From contig CP068257.2 in NCBI GenBank assembly GCA_009914755.4, positions 9,408,001 through 9,472,000 of the forward strand: 64,000 nucleotides of DNA, given 5' to 3'. The position numbers and the translations under genes were made by a program. Under the pieces are notes generated by a model. The model was not told the origin of the DNA. It saw nothing but the letters and a program-made list of their open reading frames with translations, and searched no databases. Source of the stretch: the human T2T-CHM13v2.0 reference genome, Homo sapiens. Of this stretch, positions 19,945-39,667 are shown piece after piece (position 1 is the first letter of the stretch; each line of letters opens with the position of its first letter).

Positions 19945-21350
19945 GTGTCAGAGCAAATTCACTCATCCATCAGCCCTCTGCCTCCCTCCTCCTTTGAAAG
20001 AGCAGTGGCCTACCCGCTTGTAAAAGCCCAGGGGTTCCGGAAAGCCGACCGTGCTTAAAAGGACAACTGCAAAGAGGAAGAGAGGCGAAATCCAGGGGGA
20101 GACCATGTGACCACGCGTGGCACTGGCCAATCCCACAGCAGTTGGTGTTAACGTGTGACACCGGAGGCAAACGGGGCGACGGCGAAACGAAGGGTGGGGT
20201 CCATGCACGTGCCGGTGGAAGGGGGAAACGGGTGACCTTTCCGTCAATGCCAAGGAAAATCAAACAACACCTGGGACCCGGAGGGTGTGGGGGACGTCTG
20301 TGCCTGACCCAAGCCACGTTTTCAAATGCCTACCAGAGGAACAAAGATGTTTCGGCCAATTTCGCAACACCCCCAATCCTCCACCGACCTCGTAGCCCTG
20401 AAGCAACTTCGGCTGGCACAAACCCACAAAGAGTGGGAAAGAAACACACAGAGACTGAGAGATAGAGGGAGAAGAGAGAATGGGAGACAAACACACAGAC
20501 ACACACACACAGACGCAGAGTCATACAGCAGAGGCATTGAAACACACACTCCCAGGCAACCCCTGAGGATCCGGGGTTCTGCTCTGGAGGAGAACGACCC
20601 TCGGGTGAGAGAGCAGCCCAGGAGCACGCAGGCCGACCCGTCCTCGAGATCACTGACCGCGGCGCGACTTTTGGCGAGATTCACCCTAACCAACACCGTC
20701 CGTGCAGGCCTGAGGCTGGGATCCCGTGCTGCTTCCCCGGTCTCCACCTGGGGTTTCATCTTCATAGTCGGCCCTTTGTGACTGCTGGCATCAGGAGAGT
20801 TTCCCTTCGAGCCCGTGGAGAGGTGAGACCGGAGCCTCAGAGCCTCGATACCCAAGCACTGCCACGGAGGGCTCCTGCTCTGCAAAGCCTCGGGGACCGG
20901 TTTCTAAGACTACCGTGGGAACCACTGTGACCGGAGAAACCGCTGGGGCCTCGCACATGCGCATTGGCTGAGCCGACTCACGCTCCACTCCTGACAGATA
21001 GGCTGCGTCCCCTTTAAATATTGCCACCGCCGCGCGGCGGCCGCGATGTTCCTGCAGCAGCCGCGGCGGCGGCTGTGTCCTAGGTCCTGTTTGGGGTGGC
21101 ATGGGAGAGGGGACCGCGGGTGTCTCGTCCTGTCCCAGGCCCAAACCCCCAGGGCTCCTGTCCTCAGGACCTGCTTGAGCCGACTTCCACCAAGGGAGGG
21201 GGAGCTTCAGGACGCCTGCTGTGTTCTCTGGACTCCCGTTGAGATCCCATTCTGGCCCCCTCCGAGTGACATAGGATGGGCTCACCACATGTGGTCAGGC
21301 CGGCAGGGCCTCGCTGCAGCACACAATGACCCCATAGGTCTCAAGGCCTA
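19945..21350. repeat. SST1-like monomer M15 (variant D')
   Basis: Unit motif at 19945; 1406 bp. = M12. Confidence 0.85.
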
Positions 21351-24171
<2,821 letters not shown>

Positions 24172-25578
24172 GTGTCAGAGCAAATTCACTCATCCATCAG
24201 CCCTCTGCCTCCCTCCTCCTTTGAAAGAGCAGTGGCCTACCCCGCTTGTAAAAGCCCAGGGGTTCCGGAAAGCCGACCGTGCTTAAAAGGACAACTGCAA
24301 AGAGGAAGAGAGGCGAAATCCAGGGGGAGACCATGTGACCACGCGTGGCACTGGCCAATCCCACAGCAGTTGGTGTTAACGTGTGACACCGGAGGCAAAC
24401 GGGGCGACGGCGAAACGAAGGGTGGGGTCCATGCACGTGCCGGTGGAAGGGGGAAACGGGTGACCTTTCCGTCAATGCCAAGGAAAATCAAACAACACCT
24501 GGGACCCGGAGGGTGTGAGGGACGTCTGTGCCTGACCCAAGCGACGTTTTCAAATGCCTACCAGAGGAACAAAGATGTTTCGGCCAATTTCGCAACACCC
24601 CCAATCCTCCACCGACCTCGTAGCCCTGAAGCAACTTCGGCTGGCACAAACCCACAAAGAGTGGGAAAGAAACACACAGAGACTGAGAGATAGAGGGAGA
24701 AGAGAGAATGGGAGACAAACACACAGACACACACACACAGACGCAGAGTCATACAGCAGAGGCATTGAAACACACACTCCCAGGCAAACCCTGAGGATCC
24801 GGGGTTCTGCTCTGGTGGAGAACGACCCTCGGGTGAGAGAGCAGCCCAGGAGCACGCAGGCCGACCCGTCCTCGAGATCACGGACCGCGGCGCGACTTTT
24901 GGCGAGATTCACCCTAACCAACACCGTCCGTGCAGGCCTGAGGCTGGGATCCCGTGCTGCTTCCCCGGTCTCCACCTGGGGTTTCATCTTCATAGTCGGC
25001 CCTTTGTGACTGCTGGCATCAGGAGAGTTTCCCTTCGAGCCCGTGGAGAGGTGAGACCGGAGTCTCAGAGCCTCGATACCCAAGCACTGCCACGGAGGGC
25101 TCCTGCTCTGCAAAGCCTCGGGGACTGGTTTCTAAGACAACCGTGGGAACCACTGTGACCCGAGAAACCGCTGGGGCCTCGCACATGCGCATTGGCTGAG
25201 CCGACTCACGCTCCACTCCTGACAGATAGGCTGCGTCCCCTTTAAATATTGCCACCGCCGCGCGGCGGCCGCGATGTTCCTGCAGCAGCCGCGGCGGCGG
25301 CTGTGTCCTAGGTCCTGTTTGGGGTGGCATGGGAGAGGGGACCGCGGGTGTCTCGTCCTGTCCCAGGCCCAAACCCCCAGGGCTCCTGTCCTCAGGACCT
25401 GCTTGAGCCGACTTCCACCAAGGGAGGGGGAGCTTCAGGACGCCTGCTGTGTTCTCTGGACTCCCGTTGAGATCCCATTCTGGCCCCCTCCGAGTGACAT
25501 AGGATGGGCTCACCACACGTGGTCAGGCCGGCAGGGCCTCGCTGCAGCACAAAATGATCCCATAGGTCTCAAGCCCTA
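24172..25578. repeat. SST1-like monomer M18 (variant D', slightly diverged third copy)
   Basis: Unit motif at 24172; 1407 bp. Close to M12/M15 with a few substitutions. Confidence 0.85.
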
Positions 25579-26985
25579 GTGTCAGAGCAAATTCACTCAT
25601 CCATCAGCCCTCTGCCTCCCTCCTCCTTTGAAAGAGCAGTGGCCTACCCCGCTTGTAAAAGCCCAGGGGTTCTGGAAAGCCGACCGTGCTTAACAGGACA
25701 ACTGCAAAGAGGAAGAGAGGCGAAATCCAGGGGGAGACCATGTGACCACGCGTGGCACTGGCCAATCCCACAGCAGTTGGTGTTAACGTGTGACACCGGA
25801 GGCAAACGGGGCGACAGCGAAACGAAGGGTGGGGTCCATGCACGTGCCGGTGGAAGGGGGAAACGGGTGACCTTTCCGTCAATGCAAAGGAAAATCAAAC
25901 AACACCTGGGACCCGGAGGATGTGGGGGACCTCTGTGCCTGACCCAAGCCACGTTTTCAAATGCCTACCAGACGAACAAAGATCTTTCTGTCAATTTCGC
26001 AACACCCCCAATCCTCCACCGACCTCGTAGCCCTGAAGCAACTTCGGCTGGCACAAACCCACAAAGAGTGGGAAAGAAACACACAGAGACTGAGAGACAG
26101 AGGGAGAAGAGAGAATGGGAGACAAACACACAGACACACACACACACACGCAGAGTCATACAGCAGAGGCATTGAAACACACACCCCCAGGCAACCCCTG
26201 AGGCTCCGGGGTTCTGCTCTGGAGGAGAACGACCCTCGGGTGAGAGAGCAGCCCAGGGGCACGCAGGCCGACCCGTCCTCGAGATCACGGACAGCGGCGC
26301 GACTTTTGGTGAGACTCACCCCAACAAACACAGTCCGTGCAGGCCTGAGGCTGGGATCCCGTGCTGCTTCCCCGGTCTCCACCTGGGGTTTCATCTTCAT
26401 AGTCGGCCCTTTGCGACTGCTGGCATCAGGAGAGTTTCCCTTCGAGCCCGTGGAGAGGTGAGACCGGAGCCTCAGAGCCTCGATACCCAAGCAATGCCAC
26501 GGAGGGCTCCTGCTCTGCAAAGCCTCGGGGACTGGTTTCTAAGACAACCGTGGGAACCACTGTGACCCGAGAAACCGCTGGGGCCTCGCGCATGCGCATT
26601 GGCTGAGCCGACTCACGCTCCACTCCTGACAGATAGGCTGCGTCCCCTTTAAATATTGCCACCGGCGCGCGGCGGCCGCGATGCTCCTGCTGCCACCGCG
26701 AAGGCGGCTGTGTCCTGGGTCCTGTTTGGGGTGGCATGGGAGAGGGGACCGCGGGTGTCTCGTCCTGTCCCAGGACCAAACCCCCAGGGCTCCTGTCCTC
26801 AGGACCTGCTTGAGCCGACTTCCACCAAGGGAGGGGGAGCTTCAGGACGCCTGCTGTGTTCTCTGGACTCCCGTTGAGATCCCATTCTGGCCCACTCGGA
26901 GTGACATAGGATGGGCTCACCACATCTCCTCAGGCCGGTAGGGCCTCGCTGCAGCACACAATGACCCCATAGGTCTCAAGGCCTA
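25579..26985. repeat. SST1-like monomer M19 (variant D'')
   Basis: Unit motif at 25579; 1407 bp. Confidence 0.85.
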
Positions 26986-28394
26986 GTGTCAGAGCAAATT
27001 CACTCATCCATCAGCCGTCTGCCTCCCTCCTCCTTTGAAAGTGCAGTGGCCTGCCCCGCTTGTAAAAGCCCAGGGGTTCCGGAAAGCCGAACGCGCTTTA
27101 CAAGACAACTGCAAAGAGGAACAGAGGCGAAACCCAGGGGGAGACCATGTGACCACGCGTGGCACTGGCTAATCTCACAGCAGTTGGTGTTAATGTGTGT
27201 CACCGGAGGCATACGGGGCGACGGCGAAACGAAGGGTGGGGTCCAGGCATGTGCCGCTGGAAGGGGGAAACGGGTGACATTTCCGTCAGTGCCAAGGAAA
27301 ATCAAACCACACCTGGGAACCGGGAGGTGGGGGTGCCGACTGTGCCTGACCCAAGCCACGTTTTCAAATGCCTACCAGAGGAGCAAAGAGGTTTCTGCCA
27401 ATTTCGCAACACCCCCAATCCTCCACCGACCTGGTAGCCCTGACGAAACTTCGACTGGTACAAACCCACAGAGAGTGGGAAAGAAACACACAGAGAGTGA
27501 GAGACAGAGAGAGAAGAGAGAATGGGAGACACACACACAGACACACACGCACACACACGCAGAGTCATACAGCAGAGGCATTGAAACACACACTCCCAGC
27601 CAACCCCTGAGGATCCGGGGTTCTGCTCTGGAGGAGAACGACCCTCAGGTGAGAGAGCAGCCCAGGGGCACGCACCCCGACACGTCCTCGTGATCACGGA
27701 CAGCGGTAAGGCTTTTGGCGAGACTCACCCCAACGAACACCGTCCGTGCAGGCCTGAGGCTGGGATCCCGTGCTGCTTCCCCCGTCTCCGCCTGGGGTTT
27801 CATCATCATGGTCGGCCCTTTGCGACTGCTGTCATCAGGAGAGGTTCCCTTCGACCCCGTGGAAAGGTGAGGCTGGAGTCTCAGAGCCTCGATACCCAAG
27901 CACTGCCACGGAGGGCTCCTGCTCTGCCAAGCCTCGGGGACTGGTGTCTAAGACAACCGTGGGAACCACTGTGACGGGAGAAACCGCTGGCGCCTCACGC
28001 ATGCGCATTGGCTGAGCCGACTCACGCTCCACTCCTGACAGATAGGCTGCGTCCCCTTTAAATATCGCCACCGCCGCGCGGCGGCCGCGATGCTCCTGCT
28101 GCCGCCCCGGCGTCGGCTGTGTCCTGGGTCCTGTTTGGGGCGGCGTGGGAGCGGGGGCCGCGGGTGTCTCGTCGTGTCACAGGCCCAAACCCCCAGGGCT
28201 TCTGTCCTCAGGACCTGCTTGAGCCGATTCCCAGCGAGGGAGGGGGAGCTTCAGGACGCCTGCTGTGTGCTCCGGACTCCCGTTGAGATCCCATTCTGGC
28301 CCCCTCCGCGTGACATAGGATGGGCTCACCACATGTGGTCAGGCCGGCAGGGCCTCGCTGCAGCACACAATGACCCCATAGGTCTCAAGGCCTA
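26986..28394. repeat. SST1-like monomer M20
   Basis: Unit motif at 26986; 1409 bp. Confidence 0.85.
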
Positions 28395-29803
28395 GTGTCA
28401 GAGCAAATTCCCCGATCCATCAGCCCTCTGCCTCCCTCCTCCTTTGAAAGAGCAGTGGCCTGCCCGGCTTGTAAAAGCCCAGGGGTTCCGGAAAGCCGAA
28501 CGCGCTTTACAGGACAACTGCAAAGAGGAACAGAGGCGAAACCCAGGGGGAGACCATGTGACCACGCGTGGCACTGGTCAATCCCACAGCAGTTGGTGTT
28601 AATGTGTGTCACCGGAGGCATACGGGGCGACGGCGAAACGAAGGGTGGGGTCCAGGCATATGCCGGTGGAAGGGGGAAACGGGTGACATTTCCGTCAACG
28701 CCAAGGAAAATCAAACAACACCTGGGAACCGTGGGGTAGGTGGGCCTCCTGTGCCTGACCCAAGCCACGTTTTCAAATGCCTACCAGAGGAGCAAAGAGG
28801 TTTCTGCCAATTTCGCAACACCCCCAATCCTCCACCGACCTGGTAGCCCTGAAGCAACTTCGGCTGGTACAAACCCACAGAGAGTGGGAAAGAAACACAC
28901 AGAGAGTGAGAGACAGAGAGAGAAGAGAGAATGGGAGACACACACACAGACACACACGCACACACACGCAGAGTCATACAGCAGAGGCATTGAAACACAC
29001 ACTCCCAGGCAACCCCTGAGGATCCGGGGTTCTGCTCTGGAGGAGAACGACCCTCGGGTGAGAGAGCAGCCCAGGAGCACGCAGGCCGACCCGTCCTCGA
29101 GATCACTGACCGCGGCGCGACTTTTGGCGAGACTCACCCCAACCAACACCGTCCGTGCAGGCCTGAGGCTGGGATCCCGTGCTGCTTCCCCCGTCTCCGC
29201 CTGGGGTTTCATCTTCATAGTCGGCCCTTTGCGACTGCTGTCATCAGGAGAGTTTCCCTTCGAGCCCGTGGAGAGGTGAGGCCGGAGCCTCGGAGCCTCG
29301 ATACCCAAGCACTGCCACGGAGGGCTCCTGCTCTGCAAAGCCTCGGGGACTGGTTTCTAAGACAACCGTGGGAACCACTGTGACCGGAGAAACCGCTGGG
29401 GCCTCGCGCATGCGCATTGGCTGAGCCGACTCACGCTCCACTCCTGACAGATAGGCTGCGTCCCCTTTAAATATCGCCACCGCCGCAGGGCGGCCGCGAT
29501 GCTCCTGCTGCCGCCGCGGCGGCGGCTGTGTCCTCGGTCCTGTTTGGGGCGGCATGGGAGAGGGGACCGCGGGTGTCTCGTCCTGTCCCAGGCCCAAACC
29601 CCCAGGGCTCCTGTCCTCAGGACCTGCTTGAGCCGACTTCCACCAAGGGAGGGGGAGCTTCAGGACGCCTGCTGTGTTCTCTGGACTCCCGTTGAGATCC
29701 CATTCTGGCCCCCTCCGAGTGACATAGGATGGGCTCACCGCATGTGGTCAGGCCGGCAGGGCCTCGCTGCAGCACACAATGACCCCATAGGTCTCAAGGC
29801 CTA
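28395..29803. repeat. SST1-like monomer M21 (MSEQIxRSIS-type)
   Basis: Unit motif at 28395; 1409 bp. Confidence 0.85.
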
Positions 29804-31211
29804 GTGTCAGAGCAAACTCACTCATCCATCAGCCCTCTGCCTCCCTCCTCCTTTGAAAGTGCATTGGCCTGCCCCGCTTGTAAAAGCCCAGGGGTTCCGG
29901 AAAGCCGAACGCGCTTTACAGGACAACTGCAAAGAGGAACAGAGGCGAAATCCAGGGTGTGACCATGTGACCACGCGTGGCACTGGCCAATCCCACAGCA
30001 GTTGGTGTTAATGTGTGTCACCGGAGGCATACGAGGCGACGGCGAAACGAAGGGTGGGGTCCAGGGATATGCCGGTGGAAGGGGGAAACGGGTGACATTT
30101 CCGTCAACGCCAAGGAAAAACAAACAACACCTGGGAACAGTGGGGTAGGGGGGCCTCCTGTGCCTGACCCAAGCCACGTTTTCAAATGCCTACCAGAGGA
30201 GCAAAGAGGTTTCTGCCAATTTCTCAACACCCCCAATCCACCACCGACCTGGTAGCCCTGACGCAACTTCGGCTGGTACAAACCCACAGAGAGTGGGAAG
30301 GAAACACACAGAGAGTGAGAGACAGAGAAGAGAGAATGGGAGACACACACACAGACACACACGCACACACACGCAGAGTCATACAGCAGAGGCATTGAAC
30401 CCTGAGAACCCTGAGTCAACCCCTGAGGATCCGGGGTTCTGCTCTGGAGGAGAACGACCCACTGGGGGAGAGAGCAGCCCAGGAGCACGCAGGCCGACCC
30501 GTCCTCGAGATCACGGACAGCGGTAAGGCTTTTGGCGAGACTCACCCCAACCAACACCATCCGTGCAGGCCTGAGGCTGGGATCCCGTGCTGCTTCCCCC
30601 GTCTCCGCCTGGGGTTTCATCTTCATAGTCGGCCCTTTGCGACTGCTGTCATCAGGAGAGGTTCCCTTCGAGCCCGTGGAGAGGTGAGGCCGGAGCCTCA
30701 GAGCCTCGATACCCAAGCACTGCCATGGAGGGCTCCTGCTCTGTAAAGCCTCGGGGACTGGTTTCTAAGACAACCGTGGGAACCACTGTGACCGGAGAAA
30801 CCGCTGGGGCCTCGCGCATGCGCATTGGCTGAGCCGACTCACGCTCCACTCCTGACAGATAGGCTGCGTCCCCTTTAAATATTGCCACCGCCGCGCGGCG
30901 GCCACGATGCTCCTGCTGCCGCCGGGGCGGCGGCTGTGTCCTGGGTCCTGTTTGGGGCGGCATGGGAGAGGGGACCGCCGGTGTCTCGTCCTGTCCCAGG
31001 CCCAAACCCCCAGGGCTCCTGTCCTTAGGACCTGCTTGAGCCGACTTCCACCAAGGGAGGGGGAGCTTCAGGACGCCTGCTGTGTTCTCTGGACTCCCGT
31101 TGAGATCCCATTCTGGCCCCCTCCGCGTGACATAGGATGGGCTCACCACATGTGGTCAGGCCGGCAGGGCCTCGCTGCAGCACACAATGACCCCATAGGT
31201 CTCAAGGCCTA
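29804..31211. repeat. SST1-like monomer M22 (carries the CCCTGAGAACCCTGAG indel variant)
   Basis: Unit motif at 29804; 1408 bp. Indel variant at 30397-30415. Confidence 0.85.
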
Positions 31212-32621
<1,410 letters not shown>

Positions 32622-34032
32622 GTGTCAGAGCAAATTCACCGATCCATCAGCCCTCTGCCTCCCTCCTCCTTTGAAAGAGCAGTGGCCTGCCCGGCTTGTA
32701 AAAGCCCAGGGGTTCCGGAAAGCCGAACGCGCTTTACAGGACAACTGCAAAGAGGAACAGAGGCGAAACCCAGGGGGAGACCATGTGACCACGCGTGGCA
32801 CTGGCCAATCCCACAGCAGTTGGTGTTAATGTGTGTCTCCGGAGGCATACGGGGCGACGGCGAAACGAAGGGTGGGGTCCAGGCATATGCCGGTGGAAGG
32901 GGGAAACGGGTGACATTTCCGTCAACGCCAAGGAAAATCAAACAACACCTGGGAACCGTGGGGTAGGGGGGCCTCCTGTGCCTGACCCAAGCCACGTTTT
33001 CAAATGCCTACCAGAGGGGCAAAGAGGTTTCTGCCAATTTCGCAACACCCCCAATCCTCCACCGACCTGGTAGCCCTGACGCAACTTCGGCTGGTACAAA
33101 CCCACAGAGAGTGGGAAAGAAACACACAGAGAGTGAGAGACAGAGAGAGAAGAGAGAATGGGAGACACACACACAGACACACACGCACACACAGGCAGAG
33201 TCATACATCAGAGGCATTGAACCCTGAGAACCCTGAGGCAACCCTTGAGGATCCGGGGTTCTGCTCTGGAGGAGAACGACCCTCGGGTGAGAGAGCAGCC
33301 CAGGAGCACGCAGGCCGACCCGTCCTCGAGATCACGGACAGCGGTAAGGCTTTTGGCGAGACTCACCCCAACCAACACCGTCCGTGCAGGCCTGAGGCTG
33401 GGATCCCGTGCTGCTTCCCTCGTCTCCGCCTGGGGTTTCATCATCATGGTCGGCCCTTTGCGACTGCTGTCATCAGGAGAGGTTCCCTTCGACCCCGTGG
33501 AGAGGTGAGGCCGGAGCCTCAGAGCCTCGATACCCAAGCACTGCCACGGAGGGCTCCTGCTCTGCAAAGCCTCCGGGACTGGTTTCTAAGACAACCGTGG
33601 GAACCACTGTGACCGGAGAAACCGCTGGGGCCTCGCGCATGCGCATTGGCTGAGCCGACTCACGCTCCACTCCTGACAGATAGGCTGCGTCCCCTTTAAA
33701 TATCGCCACCGCCGCGCGGCGGCCGCGATGCTCCTGCTGCCGCCGCGGCGGCGGCTGTGTCCTGGGTCCTGTTTGGGGCGGCATGGGAGAGTGGACCGCG
33801 GGTGTCTCGTCCTGTCCCAGGCCCAAACCCCCAGGGCTCCTGTCCTCAGGACCTGCTTGAGCCGACTTCCACCAAGGGAGGGGGAGCTTCAGGACGCCTG
33901 CTGTGTTCTCTGGACTCCCGTTGAGATCCCATTCTGGCCCCCTCCGAGTGACATAGGATGGGCTCACCACATGTGGTCAGGCCGGCAGGGCCTCGCTGCA
34001 GCACACAATGACCCCATAGGTCTCAAGGCCTA
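32622..34032. repeat. SST1-like monomer M24 (MSEQIHRSIS-type; CCCTGAG indel variant)
   Basis: Unit motif at 32622; 1411 bp. Indel at 33218-33237. Confidence 0.85.
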
Positions 34033-35443
34033 GTGTCAGAGCAAACTCACTCATCCATCAGCCCTCTGCCTCCCTCCTCCTTTGAAAGTGGATTGGCCTG
34101 CCCCGCTTGTAAAAGCCCAGGGGTTCCGGAAAGCCGAACGCGCTTTACAGGACAACTGCAAAGAGGAAGAGAGGCGAAACCCAGGGGGAGACCATGTGAC
34201 CACGCGTGGCACTGGCCAATCCCACAGCAGTTGGTGTTAATGTGTGTCACCGGAGGCATACGGGGCGACGGCGAAACGAAAGGTGGGATCCAGGCATATG
34301 CCGGTGGAAGGGGGAAACGGGTGACATTTCCGTCAACGCCAAGGAAAAACAAACAACACCTGGGAACCGTGGGGTAGGGGGGCCTCCTGTGCCTGACCCA
34401 AGCCACGTTTTCAAATGCCTACCAGAGGAGCAAAGAGGTTTCTGCCAATTTCGCAACACCCCCAATCCTCCACCGACCTGGTAGCCCTGACGCAACTTCT
34501 GCTGGTACAAACCCACAGAGAGTGGGAAAGAAACACACAGAGAGTGAGAGACAGAGAGAGAAGAGAGAATGGGAGACACACACACAGACACACACGCACA
34601 CACACGCAGAGTCATACAGCAGAGGCATTGAACCCTGAGAACCCTGAGGCAACCCCTGAGGATCCGGGGTTCTGCTCTGGAGGAGAACGACCCTCGGGTG
34701 AGAGAGCAGCCCAGGAGCACGCAGGCCGACCCGTCCTCGAGATCACGGACAGCGGTAAGGCTGTTGGCGAGACTCACCCCAACCAACACCGTCCGTGCAG
34801 GCCTGAGGCTGGGATCCCGTGCTGCTTCCCTCGTCTCCGCCTGGGGTTTCATCATCATGGTCGGCCCTTTGCGACTGCTGTCATCAGGAGAGGTTCCCTT
34901 CGACCCCGTGGAGAGGTGAGGCCGGAGCCTCAGAGCCTCGATACCCAAGCACTGCCACGGAGGGCTCCTGCTCTGCAAAGCCTCGGGGACTGGTTTCTAA
35001 GACAACCGTGGGAACCACTGTGACCGGAGAAACCGCTGGGGCCTCGCGCATGCGCATTGGCTGAGCCGACTCACGCTCCACTCCTGACAGATAGGCTGCG
35101 TCCCCTTTAAATATTGCCACCGCCGCGCGGCGGCCGCGATGCTCCTGCTGCCGCCGCGGCGGCGGCTGTGTCCTGGGTGCTGTTTGGGGCGGCATGGGAG
35201 AGGGGACCGCGGGTGTCTCGTCCTGTCCCAGGCCCAAACCCCCAGGTCTCCTGTCCTCAGGACCTGCTTGAGCCGACTTCCACCAAGGGAGGGGGAGCTT
35301 CAGGATGCCTGCTGTGTTCTCTGGACTCCCGTTGAGATCCCATTCTGGCCCCCTCCGCGTGACATAGGATGGGCTCACCACATGTGGTCAGGCCGGCAGG
35401 GCCTCGCTGCAGCACACAATGACCCCATAGGTCTCAAGGCCTA
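34033..35443. repeat. SST1-like monomer M25 (MSEQTHSSIS-type; CCCTGAG indel variant)
   Basis: Unit motif at 34033; 1411 bp. Indel at 34629-34648. Confidence 0.85.
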
Positions 35444-36852
35444 GTGTCAGAGCAAATTCACCGATCCATCAGCCCTCTGCCTCCCTCCTCGTTTGAAAGA
35501 GCAGTGGCCTGCCCGGCTTGTAAAAGCCCAGGGGTTCCGGAAAGCCGAACGCGCTTTGCAGGACAACTGCAAAGAGGAACAGAGGCGAAACCCAGGGGGA
35601 GACCATGTGACCACGCGTGGCACTGGCCAATCCCACAGCAGTTGGTGTTAATGTGTGTCACCGGAGGCATACGGGGCGACGGCGAAACGAAGGGTGGGGT
35701 CCAGGCATATGCTGGTTGAAGGGGGAAACGGGTGACATTTCCGTGAACGCCAAGGAAAATCAAACAACACCTGGGAACCGTGGGGTAGGGGGGCCTCCTG
35801 TGCCTGACCCAAGCCACGTTTTCAAATGCCTACCAGAGGAGCAAAGAGGTTTCTGCCAATTTCGCAACACCCCCAATCCTCCACCGACCTGGTAGCCCTG
35901 AAGCAACTTCGGCTGGTACAAACCCAAAGAGAGTGGGAAAGAAACACACGGAGAGTGAGAGACAGAGAGAGAAGAGAGAATGGGAGACACACACACAGAC
36001 ACACACGCACACACACGCAGAGTCATACAGCAGAGGCATTGAAACACACACTCCCAGGCAACCCCTGACGATCCGGGGTTCTGCTCTGGAGGAGAACGAC
36101 CCTCGGGTGAGAGAGCAGCCCAGGAGCACGCAGGCCGACCCGTCCTCGAGATCACTGACCGCGGCGCGACTTTTGGCGAGACTCACCCCAACAAACACCG
36201 TCCGTGCAGGCCTGAGGCTGGGATCCCGTGCTGCTTCCTCCGTCTCCACCTGGGGTTTCATCTTCATAGTCGGCCCTTTGCGACTGCTGGCATCAGGAGA
36301 GTTTCCCTTCGAGCCCGTGGAGAGGTGAGACCGGAGCCTCAGAGCCTCGATACCCAAGCACTGCCACGGAGGGCTCCTGCTCTGCAAAGCCTCGGGGACT
36401 GGTTTCTAAGACAACCGTGGGAACCACTGTGACCCGAGAAACCGCTGGGGCCTCGCGCATGCGCATTGGCTGAGCCGACTCACGCTCCACTCCTGACAGG
36501 TAGGCTGCGTCCCCTTTAAATATCGCCACCGCCGCGCGGCGGCCGCGATGCTCCTGCTGCCGCCGCGGCAGCGGCTGTGTCCTGGGTCCTGTTTGGGGCG
36601 GCATGGGAGAGTGGACCGCGGGTGTCTCGTCCTGTCCCAGGCCCAAACCCCCAGGGCTCCTGTCCTCACGACCTGCTTGAGCCGACTTCCACCAAGGGAG
36701 GGGGAGCTTCAGGACGCCTGCTGTGTTCTCTGGACTCCCGTTGAGATCCCATTCTGGCCCCCTCCGAGTGACATAGGATGGGCTCACCACATGTGGTCAG
36801 GCCGGCAGGGCCAAGCTGCAGCACACAATGACCCCATAGGTCTCAAGGCCTA
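35444..36852. repeat. SST1-like monomer M26 (MSEQIHRSIS-type; standard CA-type segment)
   Basis: Unit motif at 35444; 1409 bp. Confidence 0.85.
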
Positions 36853-38263
36853 GTGTCAGAGCAAACTCACTCATCCATCAGCCCTCTGCCTCCCTCCTCC
36901 TTTGAAAGTGCAGTGGCCTGCCCCGCTTGTAAAAGCCCAGGGGTTCCGGAAAGCCGAACGCGCTTTACAGGACAACTGCAAAGAGGAACAGAGGCGAAAC
37001 CCAGGGGGAGACCATGTGACCACGCGTGGCACTGGCCAATCCCACAGCACTTGGTGTTAATGTGTGTCACCGGAGGCATACGGGGCGACGGCGAAACGAA
37101 GGGTGGGATCCAGGCATATGCCGGTGGAAGGGGGAAACGGGTGACATTTCCGTCAACGCCAAGGAAAATCAAACAACACCTGGGAACCGTGGGGTAGGGG
37201 GGCCTCCTGTGCCTGACCCAAGCCACGTTTTCAAATGCCTACCAGAGGAGCAAAGAGGTTTCTGCCAATTTCGCAACACCCCCAATCCTCCACCGACCTG
37301 GTAGCCCTGACGCAACTTCGGCTGGTACAAACCCACAGAGAGTGGGAAAGAAACACACAGAGAGTGAGAGACAGAGAGAGAAGAGAGAATGGGAGACACA
37401 CACACAGACACACACGCACACACACGCAGAGTCATACAGCAGAGGCATTGAACCCTGAGAACCCTGAGGCAACCCCTGAGGATCCGGGGTTCTGCTCTGG
37501 AGGAGAACGACCCTCGGGTGAGAGAGCAGCCCAGGAGCACGCAGGCCGACCCGTCCTCGAGGTCACGGACAGCGGTAAGGCTTTTGGCGAGACTCACCCC
37601 AACCAACACCGTCCGTGCAGGCCTGAGGCTGGGATCCCGTGCTGCTTCCCTCGTCTCCGCCTGTGGTTTCATCATCATGGTCGGCCCTTTGCGACTGCTG
37701 TCATCAGGAGAGGTTCCCTTCGACCCCGTGGATAGGTGAGGCCGGAGCCTCAGAGCCTCGGTACCCAAGCACTGCCACGGAGGGCTCCTGCTCTGTAAAG
37801 CCTCGGGGACTGGTTTCTAAGACAACCGTGGGAACCACTGTGACCGGAGAAACCGCTGGGGCCTCGCGCATGCGCATTGGCTGAGCCGACTCACGCTCCA
37901 CTCCTGACAGATAGGCTGCGTCCCCTTTAAATATTGCCACCGCCGCGCGGCGGCCGCGATGCTCCTGCTGCCACCGTGGCGGCGGCTGTGTCCTGGGTCC
38001 TGTTTGGGGTGGCATGGGAGAGGGGACCGCGGGTGTCTCGTCCTGTCCCAGGCCCAAACCCCCAGGGCTCCTGTCCTCAGGACCTGCTTGAGCCGACTTC
38101 CACCAAGGGAGGGGGAGCGTCAGGACGCCTGCTGTGTTCTCTGGACTCCCGTTGAGATCCCATTCTGGCCACCTCCGCGTGACATAGGATGGGCTCACCA
38201 CATGTGGTCAGGCCGGCAGGGCCTCGCTGCAGCACACAATGACCCCATAGGTCTCAAGGCCTA
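36853..38263. repeat. SST1-like monomer M27 (MSEQTHSSIS-type; CCCTGAG indel variant)
   Basis: Unit motif at 36853; 1411 bp. Indel at 37449-37468. Confidence 0.85.
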
Positions 38264-39667
<1,404 letters not shown>
